64,000 bases of DNA, from assembly GCA_002402465.1 (NCBI GenBank), contig DHFW01000009.1, positions 14,553 through 78,552 on the forward strand, read 5' to 3'. Origin of the DNA: Bacteroidales bacterium UBA4814 (GTDB lineage: Bacteria; Bacteroidota; Bacteroidia; Bacteroidales; UBA7960). The notes under the pieces are model-generated. The model ran no database searches, had not been told where the DNA came from, and saw nothing but the letters and a program-made list of their open reading frames with translations. The translations under genes and the position numbers were made by a program. Below, piece by piece: positions 48,943 to 58,918 of the stretch (the stretch's first letter is position 1; every line of letters starts with the position of its first letter).

Positions 48943-51399
48943 ATGGATAATTTTTTTGAAAGAAACAGCCTTCAATTTTCTGATATTGTGGATGCCGACA
49001 GCGAATTTATTCCCTTGCTTAGTTCTGAAGAGGAAGAACAAATGTCTGCAGAGCAGATTCCGGATGTGCTTCCCATACTTCCTTTAAAAAATACAGTGCT
49101 TTTCCCAGGGGTGGTTATTCCGATCACCGTGGGTCGCGATAAATCGATTCGCCTGGTTAAAGAAGTTTTTAAAAAGAACCGTGTAATCGGTGTGGTTTCG
49201 CAAAAGAATGCCGACATAGAAGACCCGGAGTTCGAAGACCTAAACCGCATTGGAACTTTTGCACATATCATAAAAACCCTGCAAATGCCCGATGGAAACA
49301 CTACGGTTATTATTCAGGGCAAGAAAAGGCTCGAAATTAAAGAGTTGGTAACCAATGAGCCCTACTTCAAAGCCAGGGTAGTTGCCTTCGACAGTAAGGT
49401 TAAGATAAAAAGTGATCAGCGTTTCAAGGCTTTGATTGCCACCATTAAAGATCTTTCCATTCAGATTGTGAAACTCTCGCCCAACGTGCCCAGCGAAGCT
49501 GCTTTTGCCATTAAGAACATCGAAAGTCCGGCTTTTCTGGTCAATTTCATCTCTTCCAACCTGAATATCGACAATGAGCAGAAGCAGAAACTGCTCGAAA
49601 CCCTCGACCTAAACGAGCGTGCCAACATTGTGCTGGAGCATCTAACCCGCGAACTTCAGGTGGTGGAGCTGAAAAACCAGATTCAGTCGAAGGTTAGGGT
49701 GGATATCGACAAGCAGCAGCGCGACTATATCCTCAATCAGCAGCTTAAAACCATACAGGAGGAACTGGGTGGCAATCCTTACGATCAGCAAATTGTAGAT
49801 CTGAAAGAACGTGCTAAGGGCAAAAAGTGGAGCAAGCAGGTACAGGATGTTTTCGAGAAAGAGATCGTTAAGTTACAGCGAATAAACCCGGCTGCTATGG
49901 AGTTCTCCATCCACCTCAACTACCTCGAAACCCTGGTGGAACTTCCCTGGAACGAGTTTTCGAAGGACAAGTTCGATCTCAAGAAGGCACAGCGGGTGCT
50001 CGATCGCGATCATTATGGACTGGAAAAGATCAAGGAGCGCATTATCGAATACCTCGCCGTGCTGAAGCTTAAAGGCAATATGAAGTCGCCAATTTTATGC
50101 TTTGTTGGCCCTCCCGGGGTGGGCAAAACCTCATTGGGTAAATCCATAGCCGAGGCTGTGGGTCGGCAGTACATCCGCATGTCGCTTGGCGGCCTGCGCG
50201 ATGAGGCCGAAATCCGTGGCCACCGCAAAACCTATGTTGGGGCCATGCCCGGACGCATTATGCAGAACCTCAAAAAAGCAAAAACCAGCAACCCGGTGTT
50301 TGTGCTCGATGAAATCGACAAGGTGGGTTACCAGACTTTCTCGGGCGACCCTTCCTCCGCCATGCTTGAGGTGCTCGACCCCGAGCAGAACGTGGCGTTC
50401 TACGACAACTACCTGGAGGTGGATTACGATCTTTCGAATGTGATGTTTATTGCCACAGCCAATAACCTCTCGAACATTCAGCCGGCCCTGCGCGACCGCA
50501 TGGAAATCATACATCTGAGCGGCTATATTGTGGAGGAAAAAATTGAAATTGCACGCCGGCATTTGGTTCCCAAGCAGCTGTCAGAACATGGACTTGAAAA
50601 TGACCAGTTGAAGTTCAGCAAAAAAGTACTCGAAAAAATTATTCAGGATTATACCCGCGAGTCGGGTGTGCGCGCCCTGGAAAAATGCATTGCCAAGGTA
50701 ATTCGGGCCAAAGCCCGCGAAATTGTTATGGGAGAGGCCTTCGATCCCATCCTGAGGGTTGAGGATGTGGAGAAAATTCTGGGTGCCCCCGTTTTTACCC
50801 GCGATCAGACCCAACTCAAAAACCTGGCTGGGGTAATGACCGGCCTGGCCTGGACCTGGGCCGGCGGCGAAGTGCTCTATATTGAGGTGAGCATCAGCAA
50901 GGGCAAAGGACAGCTTACGCTGACAGGTAACCTGGGCGATGTTATGAAGGAATCGGCCACCCTGGCCTACGAATATCTTAAGTCGCAGGCGCCAAACCTG
51001 GGCATCGACTCGCGAATTTTCGAAAAATACAATGTGCATATGCACGTGCCAGAAGGCGCCACCCCAAAAGATGGCCCCTCGGCCGGCATAACCATGTTTG
51101 CGGCCCTTACTTCGGCCTTTACCCAGCGAAAGGTGAAGCCCGGTGTGGCCATGACAGGCGAAATTACCCTTCGTGGTAAGGTGCTGCCAGTGGGGGGTAT
51201 CAAGGAGAAAATTCTGGCAGCAAAACGCGCGGGAATACAAACTATTATCCTTTCGGAAGACAACCGCAAGGACGTGATCGAAATCAACCCGATATACCTG
51301 AAAGGCCTCGACTTTGTATATATTAGGGAAATGATTGAAGTCGTTGACATGGCTATGGAAAAAGAAACCGTGGACAAACCCATTCAGTTTGAGGTGTAA
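48943..51399 (+). CDS. lon: ATP-dependent Lon protease (LonA)
   Basis: 818 aa. It has the LON N-domain ([23 protein letters not shown]), Walker A (GPPGVGKTS) and the protease active site ([12 protein letters not shown]). Confidence 0.95.
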   Translation: MDNFFERNSLQFSDIVDADSEFIPLLSSEEEEQMSAEQIPDVLPILPLKNTVLFPGVVIPITVGRDKSIRLVKEVFKKNRVIGVVSQKNADIEDPEFEDLNRIGTFAHIIKTLQMPDGNTTVIIQGKKRLEIKELVTNEPYFKARVVAFDSKVKIKSDQRFKALIATIKDLSIQIVKLSPNVPSEAAFAIKNIESPAFLVNFISSNLNIDNEQKQKLLETLDLNERANIVLEHLTRELQVVELKNQIQSKVRVDIDKQQRDYILNQQLKTIQEELGGNPYDQQIVDLKERAKGKKWSKQVQDVFEKEIVKLQRINPAAMEFSIHLNYLETLVELPWNEFSKDKFDLKKAQRVLDRDHYGLEKIKERIIEYLAVLKLKGNMKSPILCFVGPPGVGKTSLGKSIAEAVGRQYIRMSLGGLRDEAEIRGHRKTYVGAMPGRIMQNLKKAKTSNPVFVLDEIDKVGYQTFSGDPSSAMLEVLDPEQNVAFYDNYLEVDYDLSNVMFIATANNLSNIQPALRDRMEIIHLSGYIVEEKIEIARRHLVPKQLSEHGLENDQLKFSKKVLEKIIQDYTRESGVRALEKCIAKVIRAKAREIVMGEAFDPILRVEDVEKILGAPVFTRDQTQLKNLAGVMTGLAWTWAGGEVLYIEVSISKGKGQLTLTGNLGDVMKESATLAYEYLKSQAPNLGIDSRIFEKYNVHMHVPEGATPKDGPSAGITMFAALTSAFTQRKVKPGVAMTGEITLRGKVLPVGGIKEKILAAKRAGIQTIILSEDNRKDVIEINPIYLKGLDFVYIREMIEVVDMAMEKETVDKPIQFEV

Positions 51400-51447
51400 A
51401 AGTGCCTTAAAATCTGATTTTTAGTTTGTTGTTTGCAGAAAAAATTC

Positions 51448-51455
51448 TACCTTTG
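51448..51455 (+). promoter_or_regulatory. -7 promoter box TACCTTTG upstream of rpsA
   Basis: Matches TAnnTTTG. It shares the 11-mer CTTTGCAGTCC with the rpmE2 promoter. Confidence 0.45.
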
Positions 51456-51560
51456 CAGTCCCTTTTCAGGGTCTGTAATTCACTTATTGTTTAACCCGGT
51501 TTGTCCGGACCAAGCATGCGAAACTCCGGAAAACCACAGTATTTAATCACCCTTTTTTAA

Positions 51561-53861
51561 ATGTCAGAAGAAAATAAAAATCTGAACCCTTCGGAAGAGC
51601 AGCCAGTAGAGAAGCCTGTTGAGCAGGCCGAAAACCAGCCCGAAGCCGTTGAAAAACCCGCTGAAGAAGCCGCCGAAACACCTGCTGAAGAAGTAGCTGA
51701 AACACCTGCTGAAGAAGCAGTTGAAACTCCTGCTGAAGAGGTAACCGAAATGCCTGCTGAAGAAGCAGTCGAAACCCCGGCAGAAGAGATTGTTGAAACG
51801 CACAAAGCTGAAACCCAGCCAGAAACTCCAAAAAAGAAAAGCAGTGAAAGTGCATTTACTGCACAGGTAGCAGGCGAGTTTGACTGGGATTCAATTGGCA
51901 AGAAACAGGAAGCATATTCTGCTGCCGAGCGTCAGCGCATGGAAAGCCTGTACGATGAAACCCTCAAGTCGATTGGTGAAGGCGAAGTAATCGATGGAAC
52001 CGTTGTTTCTATGAACAACCGCGAAGTGGTAGTCAACATTGGCTTCAAATCCGACGGGGTCATTCCTGCCGCCGAAGTACGCTACAACGCCAACCTTAAA
52101 ATTGGCGATCCCATTGAAGTGTATGTAGAAAGCCAGGAAGATACCAGCGGCCAGCTGGTGCTTTCGCACAAGAAGGCCCGCACCCTGCGTTCGTGGGAAC
52201 GTATCAATGCGGCAATGGACAACGACGAGATCATCAACGGTTTCGTGAAATGCCGCACCAAAGGCGGTCTTATTGTCGATGTTTTTGGCATTGAGGCCTT
52301 CCTGCCCGGCTCGCAAATCGATGTGAAGCCCATTCGTGACTACGATATCTATGTGGGTAAGACCATGGAGTTCAAGGTGGTGAAAATCAACCACGAATAC
52401 AAAAACGTGGTGGTTTCGCACAAAGCACTTATCGAAGCCGAGCTGGAAATACAGAAAGCCGAAATTATTGCCAAGCTTGAAAAAGGACAGATCCTTGAAG
52501 GAACGGTTAAGAATATTACCTCTTATGGTGTGTTTGTCGACCTGGGTGGTGTGGATGGTCTTATCCACATTACTGACCTCTCCTGGGGCCGTATCAATCA
52601 CCCCGAAGAAATCGTTAAACTCGATGAGAAAATCAACGTGGTTATTCTCGATTTCGACGAAAACAAGAAGCGCATTGCACTTGGTCTTAAGCAGCTTACC
52701 TCGCACCCATGGGATTCGCTTGACCAAACCATGAAGGTTGGCGACAAGGTTAAAGGCAAGGTAGTGGTTATTGCCGACTACGGTGCATTTATCGAAATTG
52801 CCCCCGGGGTAGAAGGCTTGATTCACGTTTCCGAAATGTCGTGGTCGCAGCACTTGCGCACCGCCCAGGATTTCCTGAAAGTGGGCGACGAGGTGGAAGC
52901 CGTTATCCTGACCCTGGACCGCGAAGAGCGCAAAATGTCGCTTGGTATCAAGCAACTGATCCCCGATCCATGGGAAAACATTGTGGAGAAATATCCCGTA
53001 AACTCCAAGCACACCGCTACCGTTCGCAACTTTACCAATTTCGGTATTTTTGTTGAACTGGAAGAAGGCGTGGATGGCCTGATTCATATCAGCGACCTTT
53101 CGTGGAGCAAAAAAATCAAGCACCCTGCTGAGTTTACCAAGATTGGTGAAAGCATTGAGGTAGTAGTGCTCGATGTGGATAAGGAAAACCGCCGCCTGAG
53201 CCTCGGCCACAAGCAGCTGGAAGAAAATCCATGGGATGTGTTCGAAAGCGTGTTTACCATTGATTCCGTTCACCAGGGCACCATCGTGGGGACCTCCGAC
53301 AAGGGCGTGATTGTTTCACTTCCTTACGGCGTTGAAGGTTTTGCACCTACCCGCCACATTGTGAAGGAAGACGGCAACCCCGCCAAAATAGACGAAACCC
53401 TCGACTTCAAAGTCATTGAGTTCAACAAGGAAAGCAAGAAAATCGTTGTTTCCCATACCAAGGTTTTCCAGGATGTGAAATCGGCCGAAAAAGCCGTTGA
53501 AAAAGCCGATCGCAAAGCCAAGGAGAAAACAACCAAGAGCGCAGTTAAGAAAATCAAGGATAATATTGAAAAGACTACCCTTGGTGACCTGAGCGTGCTT
53601 GCCGACCTGAAGTCAGAAATTGAGAAGACCGAAAAAACGGCCCTCAAGGAAAAACTGGCTGCCATGGACGAAAAGGAAAAGGCAAAGGAAGAAACCAAAG
53701 AGGAAAAGCCCAAGGCCAAAGCTACCCGCAAAAAGAAAGAGGAGACTCCTGAGGAGAAAGCCCCCGCTGCGGAGGAAAAACCTGTGGCCGACCAAGCTCC
53801 CGAAGCTCTTGCTGCGGAAGAAAAGCCCGCTGCCGATGAAACTGAAGATACCAAGAAATAA
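51561..53861 (+). CDS. rpsA: 30S ribosomal protein S1 with an acidic repeat-containing N-terminal extension and a K/E/A/P-rich C-terminal extension
   Basis: 766 aa. Six S1/OB motifs are recognisable (for example GTVVSMNNREVVVNIGFKSDGVIP, GFVKCRTKGGLIVDVFGIEAFLPGSQ, GTVKNITSYGVFVDLGGVDGLIHITDLSW). They are flanked by ~95 aa of PAEE repeats and ~130 aa of low-complexity tail. Confidence 0.9.
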   Translation: MSEENKNLNPSEEQPVEKPVEQAENQPEAVEKPAEEAAETPAEEVAETPAEEAVETPAEEVTEMPAEEAVETPAEEIVETHKAETQPETPKKKSSESAFTAQVAGEFDWDSIGKKQEAYSAAERQRMESLYDETLKSIGEGEVIDGTVVSMNNREVVVNIGFKSDGVIPAAEVRYNANLKIGDPIEVYVESQEDTSGQLVLSHKKARTLRSWERINAAMDNDEIINGFVKCRTKGGLIVDVFGIEAFLPGSQIDVKPIRDYDIYVGKTMEFKVVKINHEYKNVVVSHKALIEAELEIQKAEIIAKLEKGQILEGTVKNITSYGVFVDLGGVDGLIHITDLSWGRINHPEEIVKLDEKINVVILDFDENKKRIALGLKQLTSHPWDSLDQTMKVGDKVKGKVVVIADYGAFIEIAPGVEGLIHVSEMSWSQHLRTAQDFLKVGDEVEAVILTLDREERKMSLGIKQLIPDPWENIVEKYPVNSKHTATVRNFTNFGIFVELEEGVDGLIHISDLSWSKKIKHPAEFTKIGESIEVVVLDVDKENRRLSLGHKQLEENPWDVFESVFTIDSVHQGTIVGTSDKGVIVSLPYGVEGFAPTRHIVKEDGNPAKIDETLDFKVIEFNKESKKIVVSHTKVFQDVKSAEKAVEKADRKAKEKTTKSAVKKIKDNIEKTTLGDLSVLADLKSEIEKTEKTALKEKLAAMDEKEKAKEETKEEKPKAKATRKKKEETPEEKAPAAEEKPVADQAPEALAAEEKPAADETEDTKK
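51651..51794 (+). repeat. Six tandem 24-bp in-frame repeats (consensus GAAACACCTGCTGAAGAAGCAGTT, encoding ETPAEEAV) inside rpsA
   Basis: Read directly. Units start at 51651, 51675, 51699, 51723, 51747 and 51771. The peptide reads EKPAEEAA ETPAEEVA ETPAEEAV ETPAEEVT EMPAEEAV ETPAEEIV. Confidence 0.9.
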
Positions 53862-53884
53862 CCACCCTGATTTCATTCAAATAA

Positions 53885-53922
53885 AAAATGCCGCCCCGGA
53901 GCAATCCAGAGCGGCGTTTTTA
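53885..53922. terminator. Hairpin terminator between convergent rpsA and the TPR gene
   Basis: aaaatgccgc...gcggcgtttt forms a stem flanked by an A-run and a T-run. Confidence 0.65.
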
Positions 53923-53971
53923 TTTATATAAATTAAAACGCTTAAGTATCTGAAGTCAAGAACTCTCGTTG

Positions 53972-54886
53972 CTATTTGCAAATCTCCTTTGCTTTTTTTT
54001 CTGCTTCAGCATGCCCGAGTTTGGCAGCTTTTCTCAGGTCTTGGCAGGCTCCGGTCAGATCGTTGACTTGCATGCGAGATAGCCCTCTCTGGAAATAAAC
54101 AAGGTCAGTGCGACGGCTGAAAGTGTTGATCAGCATGGTGTAGTCGGCAATGGCTTCGGCATATCTCTGCGCCTGGAAGTAGGCCTTGGCCCGCAGCTGG
54201 TAATTGTCGGCGTAGTCGAGGCCGCTATCGATAGCAATGCTAAGGTCTTCGGCAGCCTGTTCAAACAACCCCTGGCTCATGCAAAGATGGCTTCTTTCGA
54301 GCCGCATTTCGGCATGCTCAGGGTCCAGGACAATGGCCTGGCTAAGGTCTTCGTAAGCCTTCTCAAAATTTTTGTTTTTGCTCCATTGCCTGGCCCTTAA
54401 AAAATAGGCGTTGGAATGGTTGGGGGCCATGCCAATAGCTCGGTTCAAGTCGGTCATTACTTCTCCGTTTCTTCCAGCTTTCTCACCCAGCTCGGCCCTG
54501 AGTATATAGGCCTGCACCAGAGCAGAGTCAATTTCGAGGGCTCGGTTCAAGTCTTGCAGGGCCTCAGTGTACTCGCCTTTTTTCACCCCGGTTAACGCTC
54601 GAAAGTAATAGGCTTCGCCATGTTTTGGACTCAGGGCGATTACCTCAGAAAAGTCATTGGCTGCCTGGTTAATTCTGCCTAGCTCCAGGTTGGCCTGCCC
54701 GCGTTTAAACCAGGCCTCGTCCTTTGCAGAGTTTAGTTCAATGGCTTTGGTAAAGGCCTCAATGGCTGCCTGGTATTGCTGTCCCGAAAAGAGTTGAAGG
54801 CCCTTGATCAAAAAATCATGAGAGGTTTGGGAAAAAACAGGAAAAGTAATAATGAAAGAAATAAGTAGTAACAAAAAACGCGACAT
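53972..54886 (-). CDS. Secreted tetratricopeptide-repeat (TPR) protein
   Basis: 304 aa with a signal peptide (MSRFLLLLISFIITFPVFSQ). It contains about seven TPR-like units (AIEAFTKAIELNS..., EAYYFRA..., AYILRAELG...). Confidence 0.8.
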   Translation of the reverse strand: MSRFLLLLISFIITFPVFSQTSHDFLIKGLQLFSGQQYQAAIEAFTKAIELNSAKDEAWFKRGQANLELGRINQAANDFSEVIALSPKHGEAYYFRALTGVKKGEYTEALQDLNRALEIDSALVQAYILRAELGEKAGRNGEVMTDLNRAIGMAPNHSNAYFLRARQWSKNKNFEKAYEDLSQAIVLDPEHAEMRLERSHLCMSQGLFEQAAEDLSIAIDSGLDYADNYQLRAKAYFQAQRYAEAIADYTMLINTFSRRTDLVYFQRGLSRMQVNDLTGACQDLRKAAKLGHAEAEKKAKEICK

Positions 54887-55021
54887 GAAACGTATTGAGA
54901 AAGTGTGAATGAATACTTTGAGGATCAGATATTTGCAAATACAAAATTACTGTTTTCCCAAGTGGAAAAAAAGGAAAAGGTGCGAATTATTTTATAGCTT
55001 TGAAGAGGGTAAAGCGAGCAA

Positions 55022-57967
55022 TTAGCCTGGGCGCAACGACAATAGTAACACATCCACCGGGTGAAGGGCTTTTCGGCCAGTGCCATCAAGTATTTGGTGG
55101 CGGCAACTTGTGCCGGAGGCTGAAATTATGGCTTGTGGGGGCGCCTGGCGGATGGTGGGAAAGAGCTTTAGCTCGGCAATTTGCATACTCAGCTCGAAAT
55201 GTTTCTTCTCATACCCAAACGATCCTGCCATGCCGCAACAGCCACAATCAATGCTGGTAATGTGGTTATTGGGCGGAATCTGCAAAATTTTTAATGAATA
55301 ATCTGTTTTCGAAAGGGCTTTCTGGTGGCAGTGTCCATGGAAATAAATTTCATGCCTTTCGGCAGAAAAAAGGCTACCATCGATGTGGCCTGTCTCGTGC
55401 TCACGACAGATAAATTCTTCGATGGTGTAAGTGTTTTTCGACAGCTCTGCAGCCTGCGATGCCAGTTCCTCAGGGCAAAGGTCGGGATATTCGTCGCGAA
55501 AACTCAGTATGGCTGAGGGTTCAATGCCAATCAGCGGCTCATTTTCGCTGACAAGCTCATGCAATAAGGTTATATTTTTCTCGGCCAGCTTGGCTGCTTT
55601 CTTCAGCAAGCCTTTCGAAATGGCTGCCCTTCCGCTTTCAGCGTGTGGCGGAATTTCTACCCTGTAGCCAAGTCCGTGCAGCAGCAAAATGGCATTGATG
55701 CCCGTTTGAGTGTCGTTGTAGTTGGTAAACTCATCGCAAAACAGCCAAACTTTTTTCTGCCCATCGAGTTTTTCATTGAGTTTTTCGAGGTGACGGGCCG
55801 CCCATTTTTTCAGGGTGGTTTTTTGTAAAAGAGGCATGCTTCGCTTTAGCGAGAAGCCCATGATGTTTTTTATGATAGCGCCGGTAATGCTGTTTCTTAC
55901 CAGTGCGTTGTAAATTGAGGGTGCCAAGCTTGCCAGGCGGTTCATTTCCGCGAAAGCGGCAATAATTTGTGCCCTGAATGGGGTGCCATGGGTAAGATAA
56001 TATTGTTGCAGTACCTCTGATTTGTAGCGCCCCATGTCGACATTGGAAGGACACTCGGCCTTGCACCCCTTGCAGGCAAGGCAAAAGTCGAGCACCTGCA
56101 GTAGCTCCGGGTGATCGAAAGGATTTTTTTTGCCAGAGTTGGTAACGATCTCACGCAGCACATTGGCCCTTCCTCGGGTAGTGTCGGTTTCGTTGAGGGT
56201 GGCATGGTAGGAGGGGCACATTACGCCGCCCATTGTAGCTGGTTTCCTGCAGTCGCCCGAGCCGTTACATTGTTCCACCGCCCTGAGAAACCCGCGGGTG
56301 TTGTTGTAATTAAAGAAGGTCTTAAGTTTGCGCTCGGGCTGCCCAGGCCGGTAGCGCAAATGGGTCCTCATGGAGGGGGTGTCGGTAATCTTTCCTGGGT
56401 TGAAAAGGCCCTGTGGATCCCAGACCTTTTTTACCTCTTGCAGCATAGCATAAACCTTTTCGCCCAACATGAGCGGGATAAATTCGCCCCGCAGCCTGCC
56501 GTCGCCGTGCTCACCGCTAAGCGATCCACGAAAGCGTTTTACCAGCAAGGCCGTTTCCAGGGCGACCTTGTAGAAACGCTCCACATCAGGGGGGTTTTTT
56601 AGGTTCAGCACAGGCCGCAGGTGCAGTTCGCCCGTGCCAATATGGGCATAGTAAACGCATTGAAGATTAAGCTTTCGCAAGATTTCGTTGTGCTCTTCGA
56701 TAAACTGCGGAAGGGATTCCACGTGCATGGCGGCGTCTTCAATCACAGCCACGGGTTTTGCATCGCCCGGAATGTTGGAAAGCACACCGAGCCCGGCTTT
56801 GCGCAGCGCCCAAACCCGGTTTATGTCTTTTCCGAAAATGGCAGGGAAATGATAACCCAGCCCGGCCTCACGCATCTCGGCTTCCATGGAAGCCGCTCGC
56901 TGCAGTATTTCTGTATGAGTATGTGAGGCAAACTCCACTACCAGGATGGCACCCGGATCGCCCTGAACGAAGAAGCGGTTCTGGCGCTGTGCAAGATTGG
57001 CCTTGGTACATTCGAGCACCATATTGTCGATCAGTTCTACTGCCACCGGGCCATGTCTGAGGGCGATGAGGTTGGCGCGAAGCGCTTCTTCCACGCTGTG
57101 GAGGTGCACGCATACCAGCGCTTGTTCGGGCGGGGGCAGGGGCACCAGATCGAGGGTAATCTCCGTAAAAAGAGCCAGCGACCCTTCGGAGCCTGCCAGC
57201 AGTTTGCAAAAGTTGAAAGGCTCGGGGCTGTCGCCGAATACTGACGACTGCAAAAGCAAATCGAGTGCGTAGCCGGTATTGCGCCGTTTCAGGCGCGGGT
57301 CGGGATATTGATCCCGGATTTCCTGTTGGTTTTCGGGTCTGGAAAGCAGCTCGTAGATTTGGCTGTAAATCTGGTTCTCCAAGCGGTTACCGATACATTT
57401 CCTGCGGAAAGTTTCATGGTCGAGTTCTTCAAAAACAGCTTCACTTCCATCTGCCAGCAAGGCTTTTATGGCCTTGGTGTGATCGCGGGTGCTGCCATAT
57501 ACCAGGGAGTGCGAGCCACAAGAGTTGTTGGCCACCATCCCGGCCATCATGCAGCGGTTGGAGGTGGAGGTTTCGGGACCAAAAAACAACCCGTGGGGTG
57601 CAAGATATCGGTTCAGCTCATCGAGAATCACACCAGGCTCAACCCTGACCCAGCGCTCCTCAAGGTTCAGCTCGAGGATGCGGGTCATATACCGTGAAAA
57701 GTCGACTACCATACCATGTCCTACCACCTGCCCGGCAAGCGATGTGCCTGCTGTACGCGGCACAATTGGCAGGGTGTGTTCGTTGCAAAAGGCAATGATT
57801 TTTTTCAGGTCGCCTGCATTTTTTGGACGGCAAACCGCCGCAGGCAGCTCGCGGTAAACAGAGGCATCGGTGGCATAGAGCATGCGCCAGGTCTGATCAA
57901 AAAACAAATCGCCCTCAAGCTGCCGGGCCAGCAGATCGAACGGGAAATGACCTGAGGTAGTTGTCAT
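55022..57967 (-). CDS. FAD-binding plus (Fe-S)-binding oxidoreductase, YdiJ-like (candidate D-2-hydroxyglutarate dehydrogenase)
   Basis: It combines a GlcD-like FAD domain (PRTAGTSLAGQVVG) with two Cys clusters (CNGSGDCRK, CLACKGCKAECP) and a CCG-type C-terminus (CGCCGMAGSFG). The start is set at the ATG at 57967 (MTTTSGHFPF...). The track's extension to 58252 overlaps the upstream gene and encodes low-quality sequence. Confidence 0.75.
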   Translation of the reverse strand: MTTTSGHFPFDLLARQLEGDLFFDQTWRMLYATDASVYRELPAAVCRPKNAGDLKKIIAFCNEHTLPIVPRTAGTSLAGQVVGHGMVVDFSRYMTRILELNLEERWVRVEPGVILDELNRYLAPHGLFFGPETSTSNRCMMAGMVANNSCGSHSLVYGSTRDHTKAIKALLADGSEAVFEELDHETFRRKCIGNRLENQIYSQIYELLSRPENQQEIRDQYPDPRLKRRNTGYALDLLLQSSVFGDSPEPFNFCKLLAGSEGSLALFTEITLDLVPLPPPEQALVCVHLHSVEEALRANLIALRHGPVAVELIDNMVLECTKANLAQRQNRFFVQGDPGAILVVEFASHTHTEILQRAASMEAEMREAGLGYHFPAIFGKDINRVWALRKAGLGVLSNIPGDAKPVAVIEDAAMHVESLPQFIEEHNEILRKLNLQCVYYAHIGTGELHLRPVLNLKNPPDVERFYKVALETALLVKRFRGSLSGEHGDGRLRGEFIPLMLGEKVYAMLQEVKKVWDPQGLFNPGKITDTPSMRTHLRYRPGQPERKLKTFFNYNNTRGFLRAVEQCNGSGDCRKPATMGGVMCPSYHATLNETDTTRGRANVLREIVTNSGKKNPFDHPELLQVLDFCLACKGCKAECPSNVDMGRYKSEVLQQYYLTHGTPFRAQIIAAFAEMNRLASLAPSIYNALVRNSITGAIIKNIMGFSLKRSMPLLQKTTLKKWAARHLEKLNEKLDGQKKVWLFCDEFTNYNDTQTGINAILLLHGLGYRVEIPPHAESGRAAISKGLLKKAAKLAEKNITLLHELVSENEPLIGIEPSAILSFRDEYPDLCPEELASQAAELSKNTYTIEEFICREHETGHIDGSLFSAERHEIYFHGHCHQKALSKTDYSLKILQIPPNNHITSIDCGCCGMAGSFGYEKKHFELSMQIAELKLFPTIRQAPPQAIISASGTSCRHQILDGTGRKALHPVDVLLLSLRPG

Positions 57968-58022
57968 GGAAAATGGATTTTCTGTCTCATTGCCTGTTCT
58001 GGAGGCATTATTACATACCGGG

Positions 58023-58832
58023 TTATTTTTTGTAATAGTTGGTGCTTTCGAAAATTTTATCGGCATTGGCGGCAATAAAACCGCTGTAAAGCTTGCCGTT
58101 CTCGTCGGGATATCTGAGTGTGAATTCGTAGAAGCAGCAGGGCACCTCAAAAACACCATCGACAAACTCGAAGGGGATAATTTCGGCCTTGGTGGAGCTT
58201 TGCTCGAGCAATTCCTGGGGAACGCCGTAAATTTCGCTACCACCCACCACATTCATCAGGTAGCCGTTGTCTTTTATAAATTGGTTGACCTCCTGCAGGG
58301 TGCTGAACTTTTTCAACGCATTTACCTTGATGGCAAAATGGTTGGCCCGAAACCCGTAAACCATCGTCCATGCTGCATATTCACTTTCCTGCCGAAGGGC
58401 ATCGTAGGTTTCGAACGGAATTTTTCCCCAGATGCTTCCCTGGTAAACCAGCATGGGGTCGTTATACACGGCCTGGTCGATGGCGTCGAGCCGCTCGCGA
58501 ATGGTTTTTTGTACAAAATCACTGCATTGCTCCAGCAACAACTCGCTGATAAAAACTTTGGGTGCTTCCGTATCTGTTTTGTGTTCGTAATGCCTGCCAA
58601 ATACCTTTTTGGCTTTAAACTCGTAATTGCCTTTTTGCTCATAACCGTTATCGGTAAAAACGCGGGCAATCACATCCATATTAATGCGTGGGTCGTTGAA
58701 GGTACGCAGGGCAATATGGTCGTGCACTACTTTTTCGCCCAGGCCGGTAAACAACTCGTAAATATGCATGGCCGATGGGTTTTGGGTGGAGTAGGGAATC
58801 CAGAAACGATCGAATATTTCGTGGGTGTTCAT
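58023..58832 (-). CDS. DUF1338-family protein (HglS/YdcJ-like 2-oxoadipate dioxygenase/decarboxylase)
   Basis: 269 aa. The N-terminus FDRFWIPYSTQNPSAMHIYELF...HDHIALRTF matches my recollection of the DUF1338 metal-binding His region. Confidence 0.6.
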   Translation of the reverse strand: MNTHEIFDRFWIPYSTQNPSAMHIYELFTGLGEKVVHDHIALRTFNDPRINMDVIARVFTDNGYEQKGNYEFKAKKVFGRHYEHKTDTEAPKVFISELLLEQCSDFVQKTIRERLDAIDQAVYNDPMLVYQGSIWGKIPFETYDALRQESEYAAWTMVYGFRANHFAIKVNALKKFSTLQEVNQFIKDNGYLMNVVGGSEIYGVPQELLEQSSTKAEIIPFEFVDGVFEVPCCFYEFTLRYPDENGKLYSGFIAANADKIFESTNYYKK

Positions 58833-58918
58833 GATTTCGTGGGTTTAAGTTTATTCAAAAGTCGTAAAAAAAGCATTATGCGCCAAAGTCTTTCCGCGAA
58901 AGCAGCCATAAAAAATTA

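Noticed and set aside
51651-51794. Regular 24-bp tandem repeats that might look like a CRISPR-like or minisatellite array
   Set aside because: The units are directly adjacent with no spacers. They are in frame within rpsA and encode a coherent ETPAEEAV peptide repeat, so this is a coding tandem repeat and not a CRISPR array.
51547-51901. 102- and 114-aa minus-strand ORFs, plus a 79-aa ORF, over the rpsA repeat region
   Set aside because: They are generated by the stop-free periodic repeat on the opposite strand of rpsA and have no independent support.
51891-53273. 460-aa ORF on the minus strand, entirely antisense to rpsA
   Set aside because: It lies wholly inside a strongly supported, highly conserved S1 gene. 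Its product has no recognisable motifs, and it has no promoter or terminator context of its own. Long stop-free antisense frames are expected opposite codon-biased genes, so I treat it as a shadow ORF.
57968-58252. 95-codon N-terminal extension of the YdiJ-like ORF given in the ORF track
   Set aside because: The extension overlaps the 3' end of the upstream DUF1338 gene by about 230 nt and encodes P/S/T-rich sequence unlike the family. An ATG at 57967 yields MTTTSGHFPF..., directly preceding the conserved FAD-binding domain.
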